Of a DNA stretch of 46,449 nt, positions 38,411 through 46,449 are shown in pieces. Source of the stretch: Actinomycetota bacterium (lineage in GTDB: Bacteria; Actinomycetota; Acidimicrobiia; Spongiisociales; UBA11373). Each line of letters opens with the position of its first letter. Position 1 is the stretch's first letter. The stretch is taken from positions 1 through 46,449 of the forward strand of contig JAHJML010000003.1 of the NCBI GenBank assembly GCA_018821365.1, given 5' to 3'. The translations under genes and the position numbers were made by a program. Under the pieces are notes generated by a model, which was not told the origin of the DNA, ran no database searches, and saw only the letters and a list, made by a program, of their open reading frames with translations.

Positions 38411-39682
38411 TTACTGGGAGACCCTCGGCGCCCGCTCCACGTCGAGGATCACCCCGCGGACACCGATCACCGTGACCGGGTCCCCTTCGGCGATCTCGGC
38501 GGTCCGCCGGGTGATGGCCCGCCACCTGGCTCCATCGACCTCCACCAGGCCCTCGGGGTCGAAGGCACCGACGGCCACGCCGCTGGCGCCCACCAGGTGC
38601 TCCCGGCCGATGGTCGCCGTCGAGAAGCGCGACCTCGAGAGGGTGGTGAGAGCGAACCCGAAGAACAAGGCCGCCCCCACGGCCGTCACGACCACCGGCC
38701 ACCAGACCACCGGCATCTGCTTCCCGCCGTCGATGAGCGCCAACCCTCCCCACAGCAGCAGGCCGGTGCCGGCCAGGCTGGCGATCCCCAGGTCGTTGCG
38801 CTGGAAGTCGAAGACGTACAGCAGCAGGCCGAGGACGGCAATGGCGGCCGCCCACCAGTTGGTGGGAAGCACCGCCAACCCGTAGGCGGCCATCGCCAGC
38901 GAGATCGCCCCGACCGCGGCGGCGACCCCGGGACCGGCCGCATAGATCTCCAGCACGATCATGGCGATCCCCATCACGAGGAACAGGAAGGCGGCTTCGG
39001 GGCGAATTGTGATCCGCAGCGTCCTGGTCGCCATGCCCGGTTCCAGGAAGCGCACCTCGCCCGCCGGGGTGACGACGTCGGCGCCGTCGATCGTCTCTGT
39101 GGCGGCGGTGTCGAGGACGACCATCTCGCCGCCCACTTCGACCGTGGTCCCGTCGAGGCCGGTCACGAACTGCCCGATCGAGGGACTGACGATGTCGACC
39201 AGGCCGGGGATGGGGCGGTCGATCCGGACACGGCCGCCCATCAATGCGGCCGGAGCGGCTTCGAAGCGGGCGGCGACCACACCGGCGTCCCCGGCCGAGC
39301 CGATCACGGTCGGCGACAGGTATCCGATCAGCGTCCCCGGTGCCGCTCCCCGCAACCGGGCGGCCAGCAGCAACTGAGCGGCGCCGCCGTGGGCCACCGC
39401 CGGGGCAGGTCCCACCCACACCGCCACCGGGACCGGCGGGTCGGCCACCAGGGCCAGCAGTCCGTCGATGCCAGCGTCGAGCACCGCCGGAGCATCGACC
39501 TGCAGCACCACCAGTGAGGCCTCGCTGGTGGTGATGACGTCCTCCACGAAGTCGATCAGCCTGCCGTCGATGGGGCCGCTGATCTCCACCACGTCCACCG
39601 CAGCGGCGTCGGCGAGGGCCGGCGCCGCCCCCGACAGCAGCGCCGTGGCGACCAGCAGCAGTGGGAAGAAGGAACGTCGCAT
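38411..39682 (-). CDS. NfeD family membrane protein (long form)
   Basis: Signal peptide, ClpP-like N-domain, TM bundle, C-terminal OB fold 'G.VEVDGARWRA...GDPVTVIGVRGVILDV'. Confidence 0.85.
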   Translation of the reverse strand: MRRSFFPLLLVATALLSGAAPALADAAAVDVVEISGPIDGRLIDFVEDVITTSEASLVVLQVDAPAVLDAGIDGLLALVADPPVPVAVWVGPAPAVAHGGAAQLLLAARLRGAAPGTLIGYLSPTVIGSAGDAGVVAARFEAAPAALMGGRVRIDRPIPGLVDIVSPSIGQFVTGLDGTTVEVGGEMVVLDTAATETIDGADVVTPAGEVRFLEPGMATRTLRITIRPEAAFLFLVMGIAMIVLEIYAAGPGVAAAVGAISLAMAAYGLAVLPTNWWAAAIAVLGLLLYVFDFQRNDLGIASLAGTGLLLWGGLALIDGGKQMPVVWWPVVVTAVGAALFFGFALTTLSRSRFSTATIGREHLVGASGVAVGAFDPEGLVEVDGARWRAITRRTAEIAEGDPVTVIGVRGVILDVERAPRVSQ

Positions 39683-39749
39683 CGGCGTGCGGCATGTTAG
39701 GGAAGCCGGGGAGCCACTTCCCCCCCGCCGACTACAGTCGTCCCTGACC

Positions 39750-40130
39750 ATGAACATCCTCGTTGTCGCCGACGAAGCCTGGGTTCACCAGGAGGTGACC
39801 GCCGCCCTCGCCGAGGCGCGCTACCAGATCACCGCCGCCACTGATCCCTCCACGGTGGTCGATGCCTGCCGGGAAGCCGGAGCGGACGCCGTCATCACCG
39901 ACCTCCAGGTGGGTGCCATGGGCGGCATGGCCGTCATCCGCAACATCCGGGCCGCCATCCACGCCGGGGATCTCCCCCCCACCCCGACGGTGCTGCTGCT
40001 CGACCGGGGGGCGGACGTCTTCATCGCGGGCAGGGCAGGCGCCGACGGCGCGCTCCGCAAGCCGTTCGGTGCCTTCGAACTTCGCAGCATGCTCGACGGC
40101 CTCGTCGCCGCCGATGCCACCTCCTCATGA
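39750..40130 (+). CDS. Single-domain response regulator (atypical receiver)
   Basis: 'MNILVVADE', 'ITDLQ...GG', 'AGADG.LRKPF'. Confidence 0.85.
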   Translation: MNILVVADEAWVHQEVTAALAEARYQITAATDPSTVVDACREAGADAVITDLQVGAMGGMAVIRNIRAAIHAGDLPPTPTVLLLDRGADVFIAGRAGADGALRKPFGAFELRSMLDGLVAADATSS

Positions 40131-40176
40131 GAGCGCCCACGGAGCCTCCGAGACCTGATCCCCCCGGGGAACCTCG

Positions 40177-41433
40177 ATGACCAACCTGGAGATCGCCTAC
40201 CTGATCATCCTGGCGTTCTGCATCCTCGGGTCGGGCTTCTTCTCCGGTTCGGAGACCGCCCTGGTCTCGGTGCCCCGGGAGCGGGTGCTCCAGTTGCTCG
40301 AGACAGACAAGCGGGCAGCCCGGGTGGCGAACCTCATCGCCGATTCGGACCGCATGCTCAGCACCCTGCTGGTCGGCAACAACCTGGTCAACATCCTCGG
40401 CGCCTCGGTGGCGACCGTCCTGTTCATCGACCTGCTCGGTGAGGACTGGGGCCCGTGGGTGGCAACCGCGTCGGTCACCTCGGTGGTGCTGCTGATCGGC
40501 GAGATCACCCCCAAGAACCTGGCAACCCGGTTTCCGGAGAAGATCTCGCTGCTGGTGGCGCCGACGATCTGGAACCTCAGCAGGGTGCTGCACCCGGTCA
40601 CCCGGTTGTTCCTGGCCATGAGCCGGGGCCTGTTCCGACTCTTCGGGGTGGATCCCAGCAGCGGGCCCGCCCCGATCACCGAAGACGACATCCGGGTGAT
40701 GGCGGCCCTCGGCGAACGGGAGGGTGACATCGAGGCCGCCGAGCGCGACATCATCCACGCCGTCTTCGTGCTGGCCGACCGGCAGGTCCGCGAGGTCATG
40801 ACACCGCGCACGGACATCGTCACCCTCGACGACCCGGTGTCGATCGCCGACGTGCGGGCGGCCGTCTCGGCGAGCGGTCACAGCAGATTCCCGGTCATCG
40901 AGACCGACCTCGACGACGTGGTGGGGGTGCTCCATGTCAAGGATCTGCTCCGGATGCCCGGGGAGGCGTCGGAGGCCGACATCCGCCGGGCGCTGCGGGA
41001 GCCCACCTACGTCCCCGAGACCAAACCGCTGATGGAACTGCTCCACGAGATGCGGGCCCGCAGGAGGGCCTTTGCGCTGGTGCTCGACGAGCACGGCGGC
41101 GTCGAAGGACTCATCACCATCAAGGACATCGTCTCGGAACTGGTCGGCGAACTCCGGGATGAGTTCGACCCATCGGTGCCCGCCGTGGTCGCCACCGCCA
41201 CCGGCCACTGGGCGGCGGACGGACGGGTGCCGGTCGACGACCTGGACGCCGAACTGGGGGTCCGCTTCCCCGAGGGCCCCTACACCACCGTCGCCGGCCT
41301 GGTGCTCGACCTGGCCGGCCGAATCCCTCAGGAGGGAGACGCCGTCGAGAGCTGCGGGTACCGCTTGACGGTGACCGCCATGGACCGCAATCGGATCGAT
41401 CGGGTGCAGATCGAGCGTCTGCAGGACGTGTGA
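40177..41433 (+). CDS. Hemolysin/CNNM (DUF21-CBS-CorC) family protein
   Basis: 'SGFFSGSETAL', 'GEITPK', 'VMTPRTD', 'HSRFPV', 'DEHGG.EG.IT..D..ELVGE', CorC tail. Confidence 0.94.
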   Translation: MTNLEIAYLIILAFCILGSGFFSGSETALVSVPRERVLQLLETDKRAARVANLIADSDRMLSTLLVGNNLVNILGASVATVLFIDLLGEDWGPWVATASVTSVVLLIGEITPKNLATRFPEKISLLVAPTIWNLSRVLHPVTRLFLAMSRGLFRLFGVDPSSGPAPITEDDIRVMAALGEREGDIEAAERDIIHAVFVLADRQVREVMTPRTDIVTLDDPVSIADVRAAVSASGHSRFPVIETDLDDVVGVLHVKDLLRMPGEASEADIRRALREPTYVPETKPLMELLHEMRARRRAFALVLDEHGGVEGLITIKDIVSELVGELRDEFDPSVPAVVATATGHWAADGRVPVDDLDAELGVRFPEGPYTTVAGLVLDLAGRIPQEGDAVESCGYRLTVTAMDRNRIDRVQIERLQDV

Positions 41434-41465
41434 CCGCCGCCGCCGGGTAACATGGCCGCCCCACA

Positions 41466-41539
41466 CGGGACGTGGCGCAGTTTGGCAGCGCGCAGCGTTC
41501 GGGACGCTGAGGCCGCCGGTTCAAATCCGGCCGTCCCGA
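41466..41539 (+). tRNA. tRNA-Pro (anticodon CGG)
   Basis: Acceptor stem CGGGACG/CGTCCCG, anticodon arm CAGCG-TTCGGGA-CGCTG, T-loop GGTTCAAATCC. CCA is not encoded. TAACAT -10-like element upstream. Confidence 0.95.
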
Positions 41540-41541
41540 CG

Positions 41542-41569
41542 GAGGCCGGGCTCAGGCCCGGCCTTCTTC
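41542..41569 (+). terminator. Terminator hairpin after tRNA-Pro
   Basis: AGGCCGGGC-TCAG-GCCCGGCCT followed by TCTTC. Confidence 0.7.
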
Positions 41570-41676
41570 GCGTGGCGGGGGTCTCGGTGGACGTGCCCTA
41601 TCGCTTGCCGCGGTGGTACGGGGACATCCGGCCTCTATGCCGACGGCGACCTCGATGCCCCCATCACTGCGTCCCT

Positions 41677-42351
41677 CTAGCTGCGGGTCGGCGGCAGTTG
41701 GCTGATGATCCAGGAGATGAAATCACCGCTGCTTCGGGTCTGCATCCATACCCGCCCCGGCCCGGTGAAGTCGGTCACGAGGCCCTCGGCGCCCAGGATG
41801 GTCGACTTCCAACTACCGGCCTTGCGCACCGAGTACTGCACGGTGTCGTCGAAGGCCACGACGTGGCCGGTGTCGAGCGTGATCACCTCGCCCGCTCCCA
41901 GCGACTGCTGCAGGATCGCCCCGTAGGCCGAGATCAGCACCTCGCCGGATCCGGAGCAGCGCAGCAGGATCAGCCCCTCGCCGCTGAAGAACATCTTGCT
42001 CCCGCCCCACGTGGCGTCGACCTCGATCGACGGATCGGAGGCGATCCACGAGCCCGACTGCACCAACAGTGCCCCGGAACCGCCGATGGTGGCCAACGCC
42101 ATGTCCCCCGGCAGCGCCGGTGCGACGGCCACCGTCCCGCCCGTGGAGCTGCCGAAGTCGTTGACGAAGAAGCTCTCACCGCCGAGGCTGCGCTTGAGCC
42201 CCTTCAAGAAGCCGCCCTGCGTCGAGGTGCTCATCTGCACGTCGCCGCGGGTCATCGCCATGGCGCCCGCCTCCACCCTCACCGAACCGCCCGGAGGCAG
42301 CGTGATCTCACCGAACGCGAATGCCGGACCAGCCTTGATGTCTACTTGCAT
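41677..42351 (-). CDS. AIM24/TIGR00266 family protein
   Basis: 'EAGAMAM', 'GGESFFVN', 'APALPGD', 'FSGEG', 'DTGHVVAF', 'EGLV..FTGPGRVW.QTR'. Confidence 0.92.
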   Translation of the reverse strand: MQVDIKAGPAFAFGEITLPPGGSVRVEAGAMAMTRGDVQMSTSTQGGFLKGLKRSLGGESFFVNDFGSSTGGTVAVAPALPGDMALATIGGSGALLVQSGSWIASDPSIEVDATWGGSKMFFSGEGLILLRCSGSGEVLISAYGAILQQSLGAGEVITLDTGHVVAFDDTVQYSVRKAGSWKSTILGAEGLVTDFTGPGRVWMQTRSSGDFISWIISQLPPTRS

Positions 42352-42494
42352 GATCCGAGACTACGCGGCGCGGACCGGGGCTGTTGTCGGCGCTTCTCGG
42401 AGAGCCTTCGGTGGCAGAGGCAGACCGCCCGCCCCGCCGGGAGGCCCGCCGCGGTCACCAGGCCACCCGACGCCTCCCCCCGGTGCCGCCCCGG

Positions 42495-42547
42495 TTTTGG
42501 TCGCATCGACACCAACCGTGGTAAGGTATACGTCAGAATGACCAGTA
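42495..42547. promoter_or_regulatory. Two putative NrtR operator boxes
   Basis: 21-bp GT-N7-AC sites ttttgGTcgcatcgACaccaa (42495-42515) and tatacGTcagaatgACcagta (42527-42547) flank a TGGTAAGGT extended -10-like element; the second covers the ATG. Confidence 0.65.
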
Positions 42548-43281
42548 CCCCTCCATCAACCCCATCCGATTACGACCCCTCGCGCTTTCCCGCCTTTGCC
42601 GTGACGGTGGACATCGTGATCCTCACCATGTCGAGTGGGGCGCTCCACGTGCTACTGGTGCGCCGTGGTGAGGCGCCCTTCTGGGGCAGGTGGGCGGTCC
42701 CGGGCGGCTTCAAGCGCCCCTCCGAGACACTCGACGAGGCGGCTCGGCGGGAGTTGACGGAGGAGACGGGTGTCGACGCCGCCAGCGTGCTCAGGCAGTT
42801 CGGCGCCTACGGCGACCCCGGGCGCGACCCCCGCATGAACGTGGTGACGATCGCCTATGTGGCGGTGCTGCGTGACGTGGGGGCGATCGTGGCCGGGTCG
42901 GATGCTGCCGACGCCTCGTTGATCCCTGTGTCGGCGATACGGGACGGGGCCGTCGACCTGGCGTTCGATCATCTACGGATCGTCGGCGATGCCATAGAAC
43001 GGGTTCGCCTCGAACTCGACACGACCGGCATAGCCGCCGCCTTCGTGGGACCGACCTTCACCCTCGCCGAACTGCGCGCCGTCTACGAGGCCGTCTGGGG
43101 CGTGCAACTCGACGCCGCCAACTTCCGGCGCAGCATCGTCGGCCGGGATGAGTGGGTGATCCCCACCGGCAACCGCGCCCGGCCCGGGACCGCCGGTGGA
43201 CGGCCCGCCGAACTGTATCGGGCCGGCCGGGCGTGGGCCCGGGGCGGCCCCATCCATCGAACATCCAACGACAGGAAGTGA
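42538..43281 (+). CDS. nrtR: NrtR-family regulator (Nudix + wHTH)
   Basis: 'VTVDIVIL', 'WAVPGGF', 'AARRELTEETG', 'PGRDPR', 'LAFDH', 'FTLAELRAVYE', 'ANFRR', 'GRPAELY'. Confidence 0.9.
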   Translation: MTSTPPSTPSDYDPSRFPAFAVTVDIVILTMSSGALHVLLVRRGEAPFWGRWAVPGGFKRPSETLDEAARRELTEETGVDAASVLRQFGAYGDPGRDPRMNVVTIAYVAVLRDVGAIVAGSDAADASLIPVSAIRDGAVDLAFDHLRIVGDAIERVRLELDTTGIAAAFVGPTFTLAELRAVYEAVWGVQLDAANFRRSIVGRDEWVIPTGNRARPGTAGGRPAELYRAGRAWARGGPIHRTSNDRK

Positions 43282-43285
43282 CCCG

Positions 43286-44263
43286 ATGACGATTCCATCC
43301 ACGATGAAGGCGGCGGTCAGTGAGCGCTACGGGCCGCCGGAGGCGGTTCGGATTCAAGACGTGCCCGTGCCGGTGCCTTCGGACACCGAGTTGCTGGTCC
43401 GGGTCCGCGCCACGACCGTCAACCGGACCGACTGCGGGTATCGCGGCGCCAAGCCGTTCCCGATCAGGTTCTTCAGTGGGTGGCGACGGCCGAAGCGTCC
43501 GATCCTCGGAACCGAGTTCGCCGGCGAGGTGGCGGCGGCCGGCAGTGAGGTCACCCGCTTCGAGGTGGGTGACCGCATCTGCGGCTACTGCGAAGGCACC
43601 TTTGGAGCGCACGCCGAGTACATGACGATCGGCGAGAAGAGGATCATCGCCAGGATCCCTTCCCACCGCAGCTTTGCCGAGGCAGCGCCCAGCACCGAAG
43701 GATCCCACTACGCCCTCGGAATGCTGCGCCGCGCCGGGGTGCAGTCGGGAGATGCCGTGCTCATCAACGGCACCACTGGGGCCATCGGTTCGGCCGCGGT
43801 TCAGATCGCCAAGCGCATGGGCCTGATGGTCACCGCGGTGTGTGACACCGCCCACGTCGAGATGGTGAGGGGCCTCGGGGCGGACCGGGTGATCGACTAC
43901 CTGAAAGAAGATTTCACCAAGGACGGGCAGCGCTACGACCTCGTCCTCGACGCCGTCGGCAAGAGTTCGTTCCGCCGCTGCCGGCGCCTCCTGAAGCCCA
44001 AGGCGATCTACACCTCTTCGGATGTGGGCTTCATGTGGCACGGGCCGCTTCTGGCGCTCATCACCCCGCTGTTCCGCGGCCGCAAGCAGATCTTCGTGGT
44101 CCCCAAGCCGGACCCCGAGGGGATCCTCTTCCTGGTCGGCCTCATCGAAGCGGGCGAGTTCACCCCGGTCCTGGATCGGGAGTACCCACTGGACCGGATC
44201 GTGGAAGCGTACCGGTACGTGGAGACCGGCATGAAGGTGGGGAACGTCGTAGTGGTGGTGTGA
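43286..44263 (+). CDS. NAD(P)-dependent MDR oxidoreductase (quinone oxidoreductase-like)
   Basis: 'YGPPE', 'ILGTEFAG.V', 'GAHAEY', 'INGTTGAIGSAAVQIAK', 'LGADRVIDY'; no structural-zinc Cys cluster. Confidence 0.92.
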   Translation: MTIPSTMKAAVSERYGPPEAVRIQDVPVPVPSDTELLVRVRATTVNRTDCGYRGAKPFPIRFFSGWRRPKRPILGTEFAGEVAAAGSEVTRFEVGDRICGYCEGTFGAHAEYMTIGEKRIIARIPSHRSFAEAAPSTEGSHYALGMLRRAGVQSGDAVLINGTTGAIGSAAVQIAKRMGLMVTAVCDTAHVEMVRGLGADRVIDYLKEDFTKDGQRYDLVLDAVGKSSFRRCRRLLKPKAIYTSSDVGFMWHGPLLALITPLFRGRKQIFVVPKPDPEGILFLVGLIEAGEFTPVLDREYPLDRIVEAYRYVETGMKVGNVVVVV

Positions 44264-44402
44264 CCGTGACCGGCAACAGGGGGCCGGGAGAGCCGACGGT
44301 CGGTGCGCTAGACCCTTCCTGGTGCATCAAGCCCTGGGCCTCTGCCGAGTGATTGTCAGGGCAGGATCGAGAAGATGGGTCGTAGATCTCGGTGGTGTAC
44401 CG

Positions 44403-45020
44403 ATGCGGGATGCCGTAGGTCTCGTTCCGGACATCGATTCCGGCTCCGACCATCACACCCGACAGTCGTCTGATGAGTACAGTGAAGACAGTCAAGGGGG
44501 AGGCTCTATCGAGACTGCTGCCCCGGGTCCCCTGCCGGTTCCACGACGTTCCTTCCTGAAGGACTTTCTGTGGGCGGGAGCATTGGGTTGGCTTGTCTTT
44601 GGCCCCGGTTTCTCGTGGCTCGCAGCCAGTTCAAGGCCCTACGAGAGCTTCGGAGAGACCCTACGCACGGTGGGGGTGTGGTCGGGGTTGATGTTCGGTG
44701 TGATCCTGGGGTTGGCGATTGCGTACCTGATGAGGCCCATCCGGCGTTCTTTCCCCATTGAGTCGCCAGAGGCCTTCCGCACCAGCCTGCAGGAAGCACT
44801 GTCACCATCACCCGGGAAGCGCCGGGTCCCGTTTGCCCTCAGACAGGATGCCGGTAACGAGATCCTGCTCTGCAGCACTTCGGGCAAACTCGGGAATCGC
44901 ATCCAGGAGGACACTCTCCTGATCCGGATCTCGGGGGATCAGGTCACGATCTTCGGCGCGAGGTTCAGCCATTCGTGGCTCAGGAAGACGCTGGGCAAGA
45001 TCAGGACGAGATCGCAATAG
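44403..45020 (+). CDS. Hypothetical two-TM protein
   Basis: Open frame with two hydrophobic segments; start uncertain; codon usage is less host-like. Confidence 0.5.
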   Translation: MRDAVGLVPDIDSGSDHHTRQSSDEYSEDSQGGGSIETAAPGPLPVPRRSFLKDFLWAGALGWLVFGPGFSWLAASSRPYESFGETLRTVGVWSGLMFGVILGLAIAYLMRPIRRSFPIESPEAFRTSLQEALSPSPGKRRVPFALRQDAGNEILLCSTSGKLGNRIQEDTLLIRISGDQVTIFGARFSHSWLRKTLGKIRTRSQ

Positions 45021-45122
45021 GTCCCGCTGCGGACGCCATGAAGGGTCAAGCAGCGAGACGCCTGGCCGGCAAGGCCGTCCTGCGGCCGCTGGGGAGCCGC
45101 TTCGGCCGGGGAGGTTGACAAG

Positions 45123-46025
45123 ATGGCAGCGTGGACGTCACCGGTGCACCAGCTGTCGGTTGGCAGTTGGGGGGCTCGCGACGGCGAGCTAGACAGGCCG
45201 TGCGGGCTCACCGTCGACAGATCTGGCCTTCTCTACGTTGCCGATGCCGGCAACGGACGAGTGCAGGTGTTCGGCCCTGAGTTGAGCTTCCTCAGGAAGT
45301 TTGGCCAGGGAGAGGGGGGACGGTTCAAGAAGGTCGGCAGGTTGGCCACGCCAGCTGGGGTCGCCGTCGATCGGGCCGGCACCTGCTATGTGAGCGACGT
45401 GAAGGGAGGCATCCTCAAGTACGACGGTGCTGGTCATTACCTCGGGGAGTTTGTGGCCAGGGGGAAGGGTAAGGGTCAACTGGATTATCCGCGCGGCATC
45501 TACTTCAACCAAGACGGCAACCTGTGGGTCGCGGATTCGCACAGTGACCGCCTACAGCTGTTCGATCCGCAGGGGCTGCTGTTGCTCGTATTGGGGGGAC
45601 CGGGCAGCGATCCCGAGGGGCGTGGCCAGTTCCAGCGCCCCAGCGGCCTAGCCATCGATTCTGCGGGGTGCCTGTACATCACGGACACGCTCAACGACCG
45701 CGTGCAGAAATTCGACCCGGGTGGGGGTTTCCTCGGGAAGTTCGGGGCGACCGGTCGCGAGGAGGGCAAGCTCTGGCGTCCGCGCGGCATAGCCATCGAC
45801 ACATGGGACAGGGTTTACGTCGTGGAGCGGATGAACCACCGGGTTCAGGTCTTCGATCCCGACGGTCACTCGCTGGGTGCCTTCGGTGGCGAAGGGAAGC
45901 GAGACGGGCAGTTCAGGGAACCCTACGGGATTGCCATCGATGAGCAATCGTGGGTCTACGTGTCGGACAATCTTGGCAATCGCGTCCAGTCGTTTGCCCT
46001 GTCGGCACCTTCGCCCAGCAGCTAG
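45123..46025 (+). CDS. NHL-repeat six-bladed beta-propeller protein
   Basis: Six 'G.(L/F)..P.G(I/L)A.D..G.LYV.D..N.RVQ.F' repeats; GGAGG RBS; no signal peptide. Confidence 0.93.
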   Translation: MAAWTSPVHQLSVGSWGARDGELDRPCGLTVDRSGLLYVADAGNGRVQVFGPELSFLRKFGQGEGGRFKKVGRLATPAGVAVDRAGTCYVSDVKGGILKYDGAGHYLGEFVARGKGKGQLDYPRGIYFNQDGNLWVADSHSDRLQLFDPQGLLLLVLGGPGSDPEGRGQFQRPSGLAIDSAGCLYITDTLNDRVQKFDPGGGFLGKFGATGREEGKLWRPRGIAIDTWDRVYVVERMNHRVQVFDPDGHSLGAFGGEGKRDGQFREPYGIAIDEQSWVYVSDNLGNRVQSFALSAPSPSS

Positions 46026-46170
46026 GCGTTGCCCAGGGAGCAGCGGAATCCATCCGCTGAAACGCCACGGTCCAAGCGGACTGGGATTGGATTCGGCCGA
46101 CCCGGCATGACTGGAGTCCGCCCCCGACAGGTCCGCACCAGAGAAGTCCTCAGCCACGACAGTCCAGTAG

Positions 46171-46359
46171 AAAGGCGCCCTCCGCAGATCAGCGCCAGCG
46201 ACCGACCTGCTCGATGAGATCCGGCTCTATTCGGATCACCTGGAGGTCACGGTGTCGGGAGCGCCCCGGATGACCGTGCTGCTGGAAGAGGTCGGGCTGA
46301 TGCGGAAGCCCCCTCTGTCGCCTGCGGCGACTGTGAGGATGGTGTCCGCCGGTCGGTGA
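46171..46359 (+). pseudogene. Probable C-terminal remnant of a large serine recombinase
   Basis: Startless frame after TAG at 46168 reads 'DLLDEIRLYSDHLEVTVSGAPRMTVLLEEVGL', resembling recombinase C-terminal tails (recognition from memory only). Confidence 0.45.
46309..46331 (+). repeat. Truncated REP-like element (first hairpin only)
   Basis: CCCCCTCTGTCGCCTGCGGCGAC matches the first half of the units at 30859-31020. Confidence 0.7.
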
Positions 46360-46449
46360 TGCTGATCGGCAGACTGTGGGCTGGTGGCAGCGGGCGTGAC
46401 TCTTGCGGCGACCGGCTCCTTCGGGGATGCCTTGGAGATGATTTGTCCG

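Noticed and set aside
34205-38411. tRNA-Sec (selC) near selAB
   Set aside because: No intergenic space or cloverleaf with a TCA anticodon was seen.
41452-42537. 609-aa ORF extending nrtR upstream
   Set aside because: It crosses tRNA-Pro and the antisense AIM24 gene; the real start is ATG 42538.
41466-46449. Intact tRNA-Pro-anchored genomic island or prophage
   Set aside because: No integrase next to the tRNA and no duplicated tRNA 3' end (attR) found in the window.

Overview
A GC-rich (about 70% by eye) chromosomal window, most likely from an actinomycete and plausibly Acidimicrobiia, judged from WhiB, GlnR, actinobacterial GlnA2, leaderless genes and Thr-rich exported proteins. It is densely coding. 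In order: a LuxR regulator fragment, a TcpC/VirB8-like orphan, a large S8 subtilase, a pterin cluster (folB, a folK-folE fusion, a FolM/PTR1-like reductase and an orphan FetB-type permease), and a frameshifted PAS-PAS-GAF-GGDEF gene. Next come a divergent glnA / glnA2-glnR locus with GlnR-like boxes, M23 and M14 cell-wall peptidases, and a glycosylation cluster (DUF2079, GT4, AlgD-like dehydrogenase, GT8-like). Then RidA-ALDH7, erpA/mrp, two more M23s, MBL and Nudix hydrolases, selA-selB, whiB, nfeD, a CNNM gene, tRNA-Pro(CGG), AIM24, nrtR with operator-like boxes, an oxidoreductase, and a foreign-looking right end (NHL protein, probable recombinase remnant). The main signals not explained by gene calls are four. 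(1) AGCT is strongly depleted and replaced by AGTT/AACT, except in the NHL gene, which points to a long-resident AGCT methylation or restriction system. (2) A dispersed double-hairpin repeat family with compensatory stem changes occurs in three clusters. (3) A degenerate copy of the M23 3' end brackets a two-gene cassette. (4) Several readable operator arrays are present. No CRISPR array, intact integrase or tRNA-Sec was seen. All calls come from reading motifs by eye; no database searches were run.
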